DNA of 64,000 nt, taken from contig NW_027191413.1 of the NCBI RefSeq assembly GCF_041146345.1, positions 2,046,001 through 2,110,000 of the forward strand, in the 5' to 3' direction. Positions 24,395 through 37,072 of the stretch are shown here, in pieces. The notes beneath the pieces are model-generated. The model made no database searches and was not told the origin of the DNA. It saw only the letters and a program-made list of their open reading frames with translations. A program made the translations under genes and the position numbers. Each line of letters opens with the position of its first letter. Position 1 is the first letter of the stretch. Source of the DNA: Neodothiora populina (Eukaryota).

Positions 24395-24752
24395 CTTGTC
24401 TCCGCTCGCCGTCCCCTGGCAACAGCAACAAGTGTCTTCGTATGCGACAGCCTCATGTTGCTCTTGCGCAAGTCATTGGCTTCTACCGTGGCCAATGGGG
24501 GTAGGTCGCAGCAATAGTGAACTATGTATCGTATCGGTCAGGATTAAGTCAATATCATGCTGTGGTGGAGGAAGATACCTCGAGTAGAATATAAATGGCG
24601 TATACCATACCTTACCCCAGACTTGATTGATGGCGCCGGCAGAGGATGAAGCGGGAGCCGGAGGCGGTCAGTCCCAATTGGTACAAGCAGAAGCGCATTA
24701 CCCTCCAACTTTTTGTTGCTGCCATCTGCTACTTTTGCCCATCACCTAAACA

Positions 24753-27333
24753 ATGGCGCCGCTATATACGCGCTATGTGCCCTCGAAGGCTGTGACGCCA
24801 CAGAGCGGCATAGAGACGTCAGTATCGCATGCAGAAAGCCTCGCCGAAAAGGACATGGGAGGATCAGAGGAAGACACAAGCCATGGCAAAAAAAAGAGAA
24901 AGCGCAGTGACGAAGGGAGAAAAGAAAGAAAGGCACCCAAGCATGCCAAATCCACAAAGGATGGACAGCACGAGATAGAGCCTCTTGCCGAGGACGGATC
25001 GGCCAGAAAGAGCAAGAAAGGAAAGAAAGATGCCGAGTCAAAATCGCACTCAGAAAAGACAAGGAAACAGAAGGAAGAACAGGTCAGAGAGGCAGATGCA
25101 GAAGACATGTCTGGAATCGAGCAGGACGGTGTTGATAACGAGGATGACTCGCGACCCGGCAAACACACCGGAGTCTTTTCCAAGTTCGAGAAGGCTGCAC
25201 AACGTTCTGCAAAACTGCAGGAGGCTGCCGCAGACGCTGGAGAGAACTCCGAAGACGACGAGGGTGATATTGAGTTACATGGTCGGTCTCCCCTCCATAT
25301 TTAGTTGTTTTCAGGACTATTGCTGACCCGCCTTGTCCATAGATATCGTACCACTCCCGCAGAAAGAACGCGAAGCGACACCAGAGTACATACCGACATT
25401 CTCTGCTCTCCCCGGTTGGATGACACACCCGGTCACAGTCTCCCAACCTACGACTAAGCCTTTCAGTGACCTATCTTTGAGCTCCAAGACGATCGCTCAA
25501 CTACAGTCCAAAGGCTGGAACGAGGCTTTTGCTGTGCAGGCTGCCTTGCTGCCACTACTCCTACCCCACCCCTACCTCACTCACCTCCCCCCGAACGACA
25601 TATGTGTTAGTGCTCCAACGGGGAGTGGAAAGACTCTGGGCTACGTCTTGCCCATCATCGAAGCACTCAAAAGCAGGACCGAAGTCAAATTGCGAGCCGT
25701 CATTGTAGTGCCAACCCGCGAGCTGGTCCAGCAGGCTCAGGAGGTTGCTTTGGCTTGTGCGACGGGCACGAGACTTCATATCGCTACAGCAGTCGGTAAT
25801 CAGACCCTTGCCGCCGAACAAGAGCTATTGATCAAGAAAGGTCGGAAATACGACCCGGAGGGCTACAAGAAATTGTTGGCCAAAGCCACCCGACGTATGC
25901 GTCACCAAGAAGACTCGGACACCGAGGACGATTCCGACAACACAGCGGCTTCTATCGCGAAGGACACCCTACTGAAGGATGTGGTGCAGATTCTCACCGA
26001 TCACACACCTACCTATACCTCGGCCGTAGACATTTTGATATGTACGCCTGGACGTCTAGTGGAGCATATGAACAGCACTGTCGGCTTCAATCTGGACCAT
26101 GTGGAATGGCTGATCATTGACGAGGCCGATCGCTTGCTGGATCAGAGTTTCCAAGAATGGGTAGCCAAAGTGGTTGGCGCACTGGATTCTACAAAGCCAG
26201 ACCCGAGGCCGGAGATTGTCAACCGGACCCTAGGATTCCCCTTACCACAGGTCAAAGACAGATACGTCAGGAAAGTCATCTTGAGCGCAACCATGACACG
26301 CGACATCGCCAAGCTCAGTGCACTGAAACTACGCAGACCTACCTTGGTTCAGGTCAAGAGCGACAATGCAGAAGCTGATGACGGCGCGCAAGCTGCCGAA
26401 CCCATCAACGGTGAGGTTTATGAGTTGCCTCGTACGCTAAAGGAGTTCGCCGTCCCGGTAGGTGACGGCTCGGACAAACCGCTGTTCCTGTTACAGCTGC
26501 TGAAGACGCGCATCTTGCCCGGGGTTGCTGCATCCCGGAAGAAGCAAGCGTCGTCCGACACGGATACTTCCTCCAGCGACGACAGTGATAGCTCCGAATC
26601 GTCCGACTCGGATTCTGGTTCTGATTCTGATTCCGATTCCGATTCCGACTCTGACTCGGATGAGAGCAGCTCTAGCGAAGGCGACAGCGACTCTAGCAGT
26701 TCCGACGAGTCTTCGGTGTCGTCCACGAAATCTCCAAAGCCTTCGAGTACAGCGGCAACGGCATCTACAAAGACCATGGTCCTCATCTTTGCGGGTAGCA
26801 CAGAAGAGGCTGCTCGTCTGCACCATCTCATCACGCACCTCGAACCTGCATATGCTCCGATGACGACGCTTCTCACCAAAGCTTCAGCAAACCCCAGCTC
26901 TCTGGCGACAAAGATGACCAAGAGTGCGAAATCTGGCGGGGCCTCCATCGTCATCTCCACCGACCGCGCTTCGCGTGGACTTGATCTTCCCCAGTTGACA
27001 CATGTAGTGAACTATCACATGCCGCGATCGGTGGCCACATATGTGCACCGTGTGGGCCGCACAGCTCGCGCGAATAGGCAGGGTGAGGCATGGACACTGT
27101 TCCAAGAGAACCAGGGTCGATGGTTCTGGCGGGATGTGGCGCGTGCGGCGGGCGAGGAGAAAGTCTCCAGGAGCGTGGAAATGGAGCGGATCAATATGAA
27201 GCTTGCAGACGCATATGCTCCGCCAGACGGAAAGATGCGCACCAAGTATGAGAGCGTATTGGGGGCCATGAAGGAGATTGTCAGTCATGTACCAGGAAGC
27301 AAGAGGAACAAGCGCACGGAGGACGGCAAGTAG
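24753..27333 (+). CDS. DBP6: ATP-dependent DEAD-box RNA helicase Dbp6 (60S biogenesis)
   Basis: Starts MAPLYTRYVP; intron 25282-25342. Motifs FAVQ, SAPTGSGKT, VPTRELV, TPGRL, DEADRLL, SATMT, SRGLD, YVHRVGRTAR. Large insertion between motifs Ia and Ib as in Dbp6/DDX51. Confidence 0.9.
26611..26661 (+). repeat. Coding hexamer repeat (GATTCY-like) encoding a Ser-Asp tract inside DBP6
   Basis: GATTCTGGTTCTGATTCTGATTCCGATTCCGATTCCGACTCTGACTCGGAT seen directly. Confidence 0.85.
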
Positions 27334-28459
27334 AGTCGTCGCGTTGGCTCGCGGTCTGATAGGTAATTTTGATAGTAAAACGCATGTCATCGTCATGCGA
27401 CTTTGAGACTTGACGGGACCAAGATGATTGAAGATCCCATACAAGTCATGCAAGCCGAAAAGCTCAAACACTGAATCCGAACCACGGCGATAATTGAGTG
27501 GGGCACTCCACGAGTTCGAGAGTCATTGCTGGCCTTCCGAGCAGATGTGAGCGTCCGAGCGAGAGCCCATGGAGACGACCTCCGGGCCGCCGAGGAGGTG
27601 TTCGTCCGCAACAAGGCAAGAAATCACCTGATAGTACTTTGGCTCATTCAAAGCCGAGAGTCAAAGAGCACGACATGTCATATCGAGTTTGCATCATAGG
27701 GTCGCAGCATTTGAGTCAAGGGACGCAGATGAGTCGTGCTTGTGCGCACATTGGATAGCAATTTGGCATCCATGACCCACCGGGAGACGGAGTCTTTTCC
27801 GGCTCTGTTTGAACCACCGATCGCGTCCGTTAGTACTTGTACAAGTACCCACACGGATGTGGAGTGGCGGAGTGGAGTGGAGATTACTCTTGGGCGAATA
27901 TTCACCTGAGTATTATGCCTTATCACCACCAATTGCAGTGCATTCAAGGTATCCAGATGTTAAGGGAGACGGCAGAAGACCCGATCCTCCGACGTTAGCC
28001 CGTTTGTTTGGAGCTATTACGTCAGGTAAATAAGACCCTGTCGCCTTTAGCTTCAGTTTCTGTGTGCATTCAATGGCAGCTCCAACAAAGCACTAAACAC
28101 TGTTTCGTCCCTCCGGTAAGTTTTTGCCCCGCTGATCGTCGCTTGGGCGAGAAGGAAGCAATCTGATAAATACCTTAGGTATCAAGAACAGAAAGTGAGA
28201 CGGGGTTTGCGTGGGCAAACACAAAACGTTCGATTGTCCTATCGGTTTTAAGGCTCTGCGTTATAATGTGATATCACCCTACCTTCCTTGCTGAGCATCA
28301 AGCCAAAGTTAAATTCAGTATAATAAGGCAAGAGGGAAAAGTTCAAGATTAGTTGAGCCGTCACATATCGTGCCATTACTTTCTCCTTCTGCACCCGATC
28401 GACTGCAAGGACGATTGGAGAAATCCACATAGAATCAAAGTCTCTCACATCTCTGCAAC

Positions 28460-29376
28460 ATGTCGGAATTCATCTCATTCCTGCCTCCGCCTGGCCAGGC
28501 ACTCAACCATTACAATGCCCGGGAACGACATGCCGCGCAGCACAAGGACGTGCCCGAGATCTTTTGTGATGCCATGTCGGTGCGTGAGGAGGTATTTGTC
28601 GAAGAACAAAAGGTGCCTCTGGAGAACGAGTTCGACCTAGACGACCCTCGGTCTTTCCATTGGGTGGCTTATGCGAGCGTGGGCACCCGCAACACGGAAC
28701 AGACGTCCGCCGCCATAGACGGCGCCAAAAAGGAGGACGGGGTCGTCGAGGCGGATGGATCTGGTCGCAAAGGTAGCACCGCCAACAAGTTGGCCGTGGG
28801 CACTATCAGATTGGTGCCACCGCCACATCCACCCCACCCCGAACCGGAGTCTCATCACGCGATTGACAATCATGAGGGAGTGCCTAAGGGCGCAGAGCCT
28901 GAGGCAGGTCCCAACCCAGACGTGATCTACGACGGCAAGGAGCCATATGTCAAGCTTGGCCGGTTGGCCGTTCTTCCACCATTCAGAGGTAAGTACTATG
29001 GACGACAACAGGATCACATAGGCCACGGCATCGATGTTGATACTAATATATGTTCCAAGGCCTTGGACTGTCCCGACTTCTCATTCGAGCAGCACTGTCG
29101 TGGATCTCGCAAAACCACGAGCATGTTGTTCCCCCGCTTTCCCCCGCTGCCGCCGAGCAACGCAGACTCGAGCTTGGCCACGACCCCGAGCATAACGTGT
29201 TCAGAGGTCTGGTGCTCATCCATGCACAGACGACAGTGGAGAAGGTGTACCTGTCCCACGGCTTCGTCAAGGACGAGTCAATGGGAACGTGGTTCGAAGA
29301 GGGTATTGAGCACATCGGCATGTGGAAGCGTGTGGAGCTCCAACCCGAGGGAAGGCGGGGAAGTGTGCAGATGTGA
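28460..29376 (+). CDS. GNAT-family acetyltransferase (ElaA/YjcF-like)
   Basis: VREEVFVEEQKVP, VGTIRL, KLGRLAVLPPFR|GLGLSRLL (intron 28989-29059 restores motif A), HAQ, F-EEGIEHIGM. Confidence 0.9.
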
Positions 29377-29870
29377 GACAATGGCACATTCGGCAAGCGT
29401 GAGTGCTTGACTCGGCGACAAGGGAATTATGGTCTTTTTGTTCTGCTTGTTTAGAGATATCCCAGGGCGTATTGATTGGCACATTATTGGGTAGAAGGCG
29501 CACAGGTCAAGTTATTGTAGACCACACACTGAATCGACCTGTCTCGGCCTCGGGCTTTTTCAGCTCTATGGGTTCACTACTGAGACGCTTGAATTACACT
29601 GGCAGAAGACAGACTATCTTAGTATTCTCTTCATCCGCATTGTCATAGCAGTGATATACTATTGACGATGGATGAGGTATTCTGTGTAAGGTATAATATA
29701 CAAGTATTGTATAAGGTCGGCTTTGAGACCCTCACCCGCACGGGCTTAACCCCGCTGACGTCGGCCGCTGCGGTGCGCTGCGTTCAGATTCATTTCCGTC
29801 GACTCTGTAGCATCATCAAGGTCACTCGTTCACTTGATCTCATCAATCAGGAGCTCACTCACCCACCTCA

Positions 29871-31444
29871 ATGTCTGGGTTCAGCTTGAAAGGTGGCTGG
29901 CATCCCAAGGGAAAAGGTGGTGGAAAGGAGTCGTGGCGGGGCGACTTCAAGGGCATCAACCAGATTGCGAACAAGTTCGGTAAAGGAAGGGACCCGGATG
30001 CAGAGGGCGAACAGGAGCAGCATGTTTCGCGGCCGCTGACTTCGTTGAGAGACCGTAAGTCATTTGTCCTAAAGAGAGAGACTGCAGAGATTGACTCTGG
30101 TCCGCAGCGTCGTCGTTCGGGCCACCACCAAAGCATGTCGGCTACGCTGGAGATGCTGCATCTCCTCGCCCAACCCAAGCCGCCGGCGGACTGGGAGCGT
30201 CTCTGAGACTAGACGAGATAGAAGCACAGCAACACTACCAGCAGAGGATGGCGGAACAGGAGCAGGAAGAGGAGGAAGAGAAGCCGCCGCCTGGTCCATA
30301 CAAGAGAGACACGACGGGGCTGTCGACGTCCCATCTGCCTCCTCCGCCAGTGCGACGAGTCGACGGTGCATCTCCCCCTCCTCCACCTCGTTCAGCTCGT
30401 GCCTCGCCTGCTCCTCCGCCTCGTGCTGCTGTTGCCGCGCCTCCGTCAGCTGGCCCCAGACTGCCGCCTCGTCTTCCACCTCGTCAGAACTCACGTCCTG
30501 ATCTTGACACCCCTCCACCCCCGCCCTCCTACAACGAGGCTGCAGCAGTCCCTGAACCAGACTATGCCGCCATGGGCAGGCTGGGTCAGGCGGGCGTCAG
30601 TGTTCCCGGGCTCGATATCGGTAGAGATGAATCATACAGTGCACCTGCTTCCGCGCACGGGATCCAGGATCGTCACCCGACACCCCCGGGCGCTCCTCAA
30701 GCCATGAGAGTCAACGAGCTGCAAGAGCGCTTTGCCAAGATGAATTTCCCCTCTACACATGGCCAACCTACCGAGACCCAACATGTCGAACAACCTAGTC
30801 AAGGCACTTCCTGGCAGCAGAAACAAGCCGCCGCCGACACGGCTGCCAAGTTCCACAAAGACCCCTCGTCTGTTTCCTTTTCAGATGCTCGCGGCGCCGC
30901 ATCGACAGCGAACAACTTTCGCCAACGCCATGGCGATCAGGTAAAGTCAGGCTGGGCGCAGGCCCGCGAGATGGGGTCCAAGTACGGCGCGCAAGCCAAA
31001 GAAATGAACACCAAGTACGGCATCACGGACAAAGCCAAAGACGCAGGCTCGCGCGCCAGCCAGTCCGCGCAGAATGTCAACACCAAGTACAGCATCACCG
31101 AGCGCGCCGGAAGCTCAAAGTACGGACAGCAGGCCTCACAGATGAACGACAAGTACGGCATCACCAACCGTGCAAAGGGCTACGCCGACACTGCCAAAGA
31201 CAAAGCGGCGAGCTACAGATCTGCCCCCTCGGCACCGTCGCCGTCCGCTGCTGCAGGCCCAGATTCACCGCACCCGCCGGCTTTCTCCCGCGCTTCGTCG
31301 TCTCCGTCTTCGATCCTTCCTGCCCCTTCACTTCCTGGTGCAAAGAAAGCGCCGCCGCCGCCGCCTCCACCAAAGAAGAGGGAGCTGGGTGGTGGTGCGG
31401 CACCGGCTCCGCCTCCCGTTCCACTCTCGAGCAAGCCGAGGTAG
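29871..31444 (+). CDS. Proline-rich Aim3-like protein (probable actin/SH3-ligand adaptor)
   Basis: Intron 30055-30107 joins HVSRPLTSLRD|PSSFGPPPKH in frame with the 398-aa ORF; many PxxP motifs; ends PPPVPLSSKPR. The Aim3 resemblance is from recalled motif only. Confidence 0.75.
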
Positions 31445-32382
31445 ACTATACATGGGCCAGCCCGGACACGAGGTCGACCGAACAGGAGAAAGGTCCCGTA
31501 CAAAGTTCTTGGTTTTCTTCTGGTCTTCAGCACAGTCTCTTCCATCACATCAAGCGAGACAACAAAATCATTCAGGGAAAGGCGGGGCGGGGGGAGGCGT
31601 GTGGGACAATACTAGACAACAATAGGCGTTCTGCAAATATTTATTTTGATTCTTACTTCTTGCTTGGTTCCGCTGGGGCGCATGCATGCACGTCCTTATA
31701 CATATCGACAGCGTCAGCAGCAACAAAGGAAATCGAGATTCTGCACTTTCTTTTTCTTTCTCTTCGTCTTTCTGTGCATACATATGTGCCTCTTGTGTCC
31801 TTTCCTCACTGCTGCTCTCTATGTGTCCTTTTTCTCCACGGACCCCTACACTAAACTCTCGCCTCATCACTCCCCGTCGTCCGCCGGCATGAAGTCCGGA
31901 ACGAGAAGAGGGGACAGACTGACTATCCGCGTGACGGAATCAACCTATATCTTCTGTTTTTCGGAAACTACATCTCACCAACCGATGTTTTCTCCAGCTG
32001 CTGCTGATAAGTAACAGCACTAGAAGGAATTTTTGCACAGCCGAGCAAAGGGAACACGATCAACTTCAGAAGACTCGATTGCGTCCAGCGCAATCGCTGT
32101 ATTTATGGTCTATTTACTACATATCTGTATATGTATGTATTTTTGTATGCAAGTGAAAAGCGAGCGATATCGTTCCGTCTATATCATAGCAAGTCCGCCC
32201 TTTTTTTGGATAAAAGAAGAAACAAAGTACAGTAGGCCAAACGATGGTTTGTTACAAATATCAGAAAAGTGAAGTGAAAGTGAATGTACAAACAGAGAAA
32301 ATACCCGATTAAGATGCAAACGCCATGTGTATGCTGATGAACATATGCGATTCCGGAAGAGAGGCATCATCATCATCTTCAT

Positions 32383-33785
32383 CTAAGAAGAAGGAGGAGC
32401 ATCAGCGCCGTTGCACTCGAGGTACCACTCCTCAAAGTCATCATCGACGCCGATGAGCGAGCTCTGAGAGCCGAAACCAAGCTGAGGAGTAGCACCAGTG
32501 GGAGCAGAGAACACGACGAATTGCGACTTGAGGAAAACGTCTCCGAGGATGGAAAATCCGATGCCGGAGTCGCTCTGCAGGCCGCCGAAGCACATGGTCT
32601 GCGAGACCTGGGCGTAGTTGATATACGACCCTGGCACAGTGAATGCCGAGCCACCGATGATGATGTGAAAGCTGGGAGCATCGGCATTGCAAGGGTAAAT
32701 GTAACCTCCTACCTGGGCGTTGTAGCTTGCGCCGGAGATTGAGTTGTAGTAGGCGTCGACCGAGGCCTGGGGCAGGTACATGAGCGAAGTGCCAGTGTCG
32801 GCGATGGCGGTGAATGAAGTCTTGTTGAACGACTTAGCAGCACCAACAGCCCATCCGTCGGCGGTGAATCGCCAGAAGCCGCCGCTGCTGTCTACGTTCA
32901 CATAGCTGATCTCTCCAGTGTACTTGCTGCTGTCGATGAAACCGAAGTCATAAGAGCCGGCTTGGCCCTTCTTGAGGTCAACGGTGAAGAGAGGCTGTGC
33001 GAGCGAGCTCTTGACCGAGTCGAAGAAAGTGGTTTGCTGGTTGGGACGGACGGTGTTGATGGTGGAAAAGGCAAGACCGAGAAGTCCATCGTTGTGAGTG
33101 TCTGACACAAACTGACTGGAGACTGATGTTGCTGCTTCCACGGCTTGAGAAGTGGCTGTGACTTGTCCAACTACGACTTTGTCGGCGTAGACGATACCTC
33201 TGGCGCTGGAGCCGTCGCCGTAGCCGATGCCCCATTGCTGGCCAGCCATTTGCGTGGCTGAGCTTGTGTTGTAGTAGTCATGAGTTCCTCGATCGGAAGC
33301 TGACAGCTTGTCAGAGAAGACCCATAGATCGGCGCTTCCTGATCAGTTAGTTAGCATCGCACATATCTTGCTGAACTCTATATCACGTACCAGTGTCGAA
33401 GTCCAAGTTGAGGGATTGTCCACCTATCGTTACAGGGCTGAGATATGACATATCGTACTGTAGAGACATGACCAGTCAGCACATTGTGTTGGTGAACGGC
33501 AGGGTTGTATGAGTTCCAACTTACAGCTTGAGGAATTGCCGCGACTGTGCCAGACTGTTGTGACTGCTCTGCGCTCTGGGCAGCCACTTTGACATCCGTC
33601 GGTGGTGCTGCACTGTATCTTGCATATGTTTTGAGCATAGATATTGCTGGCGGGCTCACTTGGACATAGCCTGATTCGACCTGTGGAACAGTGAACGCCT
33701 TGCGCCACGACTGTCGTGGCTCGACCGGCGATGCCACGCTCAACGCTGCGAATGCAACCAAACATCCAGAAGTGTAGTACATCAT
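32383..33785 (-). CDS. Secreted aspartic protease (aspergillopepsin/penicillopepsin-like, family A1)
   Basis: Signal peptide; exons 33785-33525, 33457-33391, 33338-32383; both catalytic motifs present (LDFDTGSADLW, AIADTGTS), plus GLLGLAF and ILGDVFLKSQFVVF. Confidence 0.95.
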
Positions 33786-35579
33786 GATTTGGTAGTGAAT
33801 GTGTAAAGTGAGTGAACAAACCAGGTTCAATCCCTTTTTGATAGTTTTGAATTATTAAAAGAATGCGTTGATGGTTGTGGAAAAAGACCTCCGAAAGCAA
33901 GAGATCTTATACATAGTCATGCTTCAGCAACTACCGATACTGTGTGATAGTCATAACGGGCAATGTCAACGGCTCACCTAGCCGTGTCAGAAGAAAGCCA
34001 TGCGCAAGGCATGGCAATAGACCTGGATGCTACCAGATTACGCCCGTCGTTGGAATGGTCTCACACAGAATTGCAGTAGACGTCTGGAGCAGCATGTCAG
34101 TTTTGCCGCTCACAGCAGGCCGGAGGCTACTGCCAGTCTTGGGACCTTGAAAGACTCGTCACTGGCTTGAAGACATCGACGTTTGCATAACGTTGCGAAA
34201 CATCCAACGGCACCACGAAGCCCGCCATAATGGGTAACTTCTTCGACCGGATCTAGCCCATAAGAACTGTCTTGATGATTACTGTATCTTATGATGAGGT
34301 TTGTGAAACACATTTCGAGTGCTGCATGAAAAGAGTCTCATGGCGGCGCTTGGCTTCATGACCCAGGATATGTGATGCCGTACGCTCATGGAATTGTCAT
34401 CACCACGACCAGCCATAGTTGCTACGCATACACACGTACATCTCGAGTCTCATCTTCAGAACTCGAATCAAAAAAGGAATTTCGACATTCTAGAATATCG
34501 CCTGACTTGTAGAATAGGCATCTGACGAAATCGGTCGGTTGACTTTGCTATTGCTTCATAGTGCTGTCGTACTAATCAGGTCTTTTGGACCGATATGCAT
34601 GTATTCCGATGTTTTCGCTCATAATGTCTACCCCTAATTACAAGTACTATGATGGAGTTGAGGCTCTTTGTCACATGGGGTGAGACAACGCTCGGAGCGG
34701 AGAAACTTCGCCCAACGAAGGTCTTGCAAGACTTGGGGATTACTGTGGGAATGAGCTGCCATATGCCGAGAAAGCATGGCCAAGATGCCGCCAACGCTAT
34801 TGTGCATTCAAGACGGGTATAGCAATGAATCCGTTCACACCAGTATAAGTGATGATATGGGCGAGTACAATCGATGTACGGTTGTCTAGAGACCTTTTTA
34901 TGCATGTCGTCAGGACTGAAGACCTACTGTACCCTTCAAAGAAGAGAGAACAGACCAAGCCACATTCAGTCATCCAGCCATGCTTTCAAACGGTTTCCTG
35001 GGGCTTCTTGACTGGTTTTCACGCCACCGCAGCTTCAACAGTATGCTGTGATGGCAGTATAGGCCCTGACTACAATGGCACTTGCCAGGGATCGGAAAGA
35101 GATTAGGTGTGATATAATCACTATCGGAACAAAGTCCTCACGCCGGAGATATCATAGGCTCAGCGAGACAGGATGTTCCTAACAAAAAGTATAGTGTATC
35201 TCCGCGTGAAAGTTCTTCATGGTCCAGCCAAAGCGTTTAACCAACCAGTAATCCCAATTGAACGGCAACATCAGGGCCGTAACGGCCACTAGTGACCAAT
35301 TTGAGAAAAGAGAATAGGTACGAACGCCTCACGAACATGATAATTATGACGCGTCAGGCTCCCTTTGCTTGAGGATTGCAACGTGTCGGTGGTTGTTATA
35401 GTAGCGAGGCCATGGCCCTCATTTCATTAAACGTCATGACAGAGAAAAAAGCAGCAATAAGCGATTCACATATGCCAAGGACATCACCGCCCTCTGTATC
35501 ATCGTAGCTGCCGAGAACTACATCGAGTCAACCATGTACGGTCAAGGATCACATTTTCCGACCAAGTCTCGAACAGTCG

Positions 35580-37072
35580 TTATAGTTGCTTCTTCAGGAA
35601 GTGTTCAGGTGCATGTGACGTTTCGTAATCGACATGCACATACGCTCTGTCCACCACAGGAAGGCTCTCCAATTTGGTTTGAAGCTCTTCTGCAATGTCG
35701 TGTGTTTCCCTCAGCGACTGGTCAGGATGGAGTACAATGTCGACCTCGACAACAATCCTTGGACCAGAATGCCAAGCACGTACAGTGTCTAAGCTGACGA
35801 TGAGTGGACTGTGTGTCATAGCTTGAGTAAATGTCAGTATGGAAGACAACAACAACACAACAGAGCTGTCGTTATATTCTTACAAATGTATGTTATGAGT
35901 TGGAGGGTCTGTGTGTCGGCGGTAACCCCTATCAATAACTGAAACTCGGAGTATGCGGTCCGAAGCCACAAAGTCGCAATTAATACAGATAGTATGATGG
36001 ATCCCATCGGGTCGATCCACCACGCGAGTTTGCTGCCTCCAACGGAAGTCAACACACCAAAGCCATTGATGAAAAGATCGTTGCGATGGTCTTCCCACAG
36101 AATGCGAATCTGAGAATACTTGTTGCGCAACGCCCAACAATAAAAGAAGAGGCCCAACTTGGTCGTAAATGCGACACAGACTGCAATGACCGAGGGAAGA
36201 TGGAATGTCGTTGTTGCGGTGGTTGAGCCCTCGGCGATGTCGCGAGCAGAGACGACAATCAGAATAAAAGATACGGCACACATGAGGAAGCAGAAACAAA
36301 TGTTTCCTGCCGTCTCGATGCGAGCCTTGCCAGCAGGAAACTTGCGGCCATCTACTCGGTTGACTGCCCGGTTGCAAAGGATCAGAGTGATATTGGAGAG
36401 GGGATCAAACAATGCGTCAGCGCAGGTAGTGAACAGCGACAACGAGCCTGATGCTATAGCACCGTAAAGCTGAAGAGCCGCGAGTACGACGTTGGCCGCA
36501 AAGGAACCGTGAACGGCAATCTTGAACTGAAGCTGCTCTGCACCTGCCTCTTCTTTTGCCTCTCTCCGATGGTCGTCTACAGGTTTCAGCAAGCGCTCAA
36601 TGTTCTCGTTCTGGGTTTCGTAAAAGCCCTGCAGTCTTTTGGCTTGCACGGCATCTTTGCCCTGCGTGATGGGTGCGCATGAGAGGGTACTAGCTGGACC
36701 TCTTTTGCGAGAGCTATTCGCGCGTATAGCTTCAATTTGCTCCGGAGACTTCAGACAGCTAGACAGGTGGTATGGGTCACTCTCGGGAGTGTAACTCGGC
36801 AAACGCTGGTTCTCCACATCATCGCCAACGCTGGATGCATGAGCTGGCCTCGCGACAGGATTGTGGTCTTCCGCTTGTGGATCTTGCGCTTCGTACGATG
36901 AGGTCGTAGCAATGAGCTTTGCCTTGGGCTGGGCTTTTGTGGCAAGCACGGACGAAACGCCATTAGGGGAAAGCTCCTCAGTGTGTATATGCTGCTCTAC
37001 TCTTTCGGGATGAGCGTGCAATGGAGCAGGTCTCATACTAATTGCTCGATGGAGATCAGGATCGAAAGTCAT
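35580..37072 (-). CDS. Cation diffusion facilitator, Mn-CDF (MTP8/11-like) type
   Basis: TM2 DALFD and TM5 WEDHRND (Asp-type site A), WWIDPMG. Intron 35883-35822 joins LITYI|SMTHS and the C-terminal domain (THDIAEELQTKLE...RAYVHVDYE). Confidence 0.93.
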
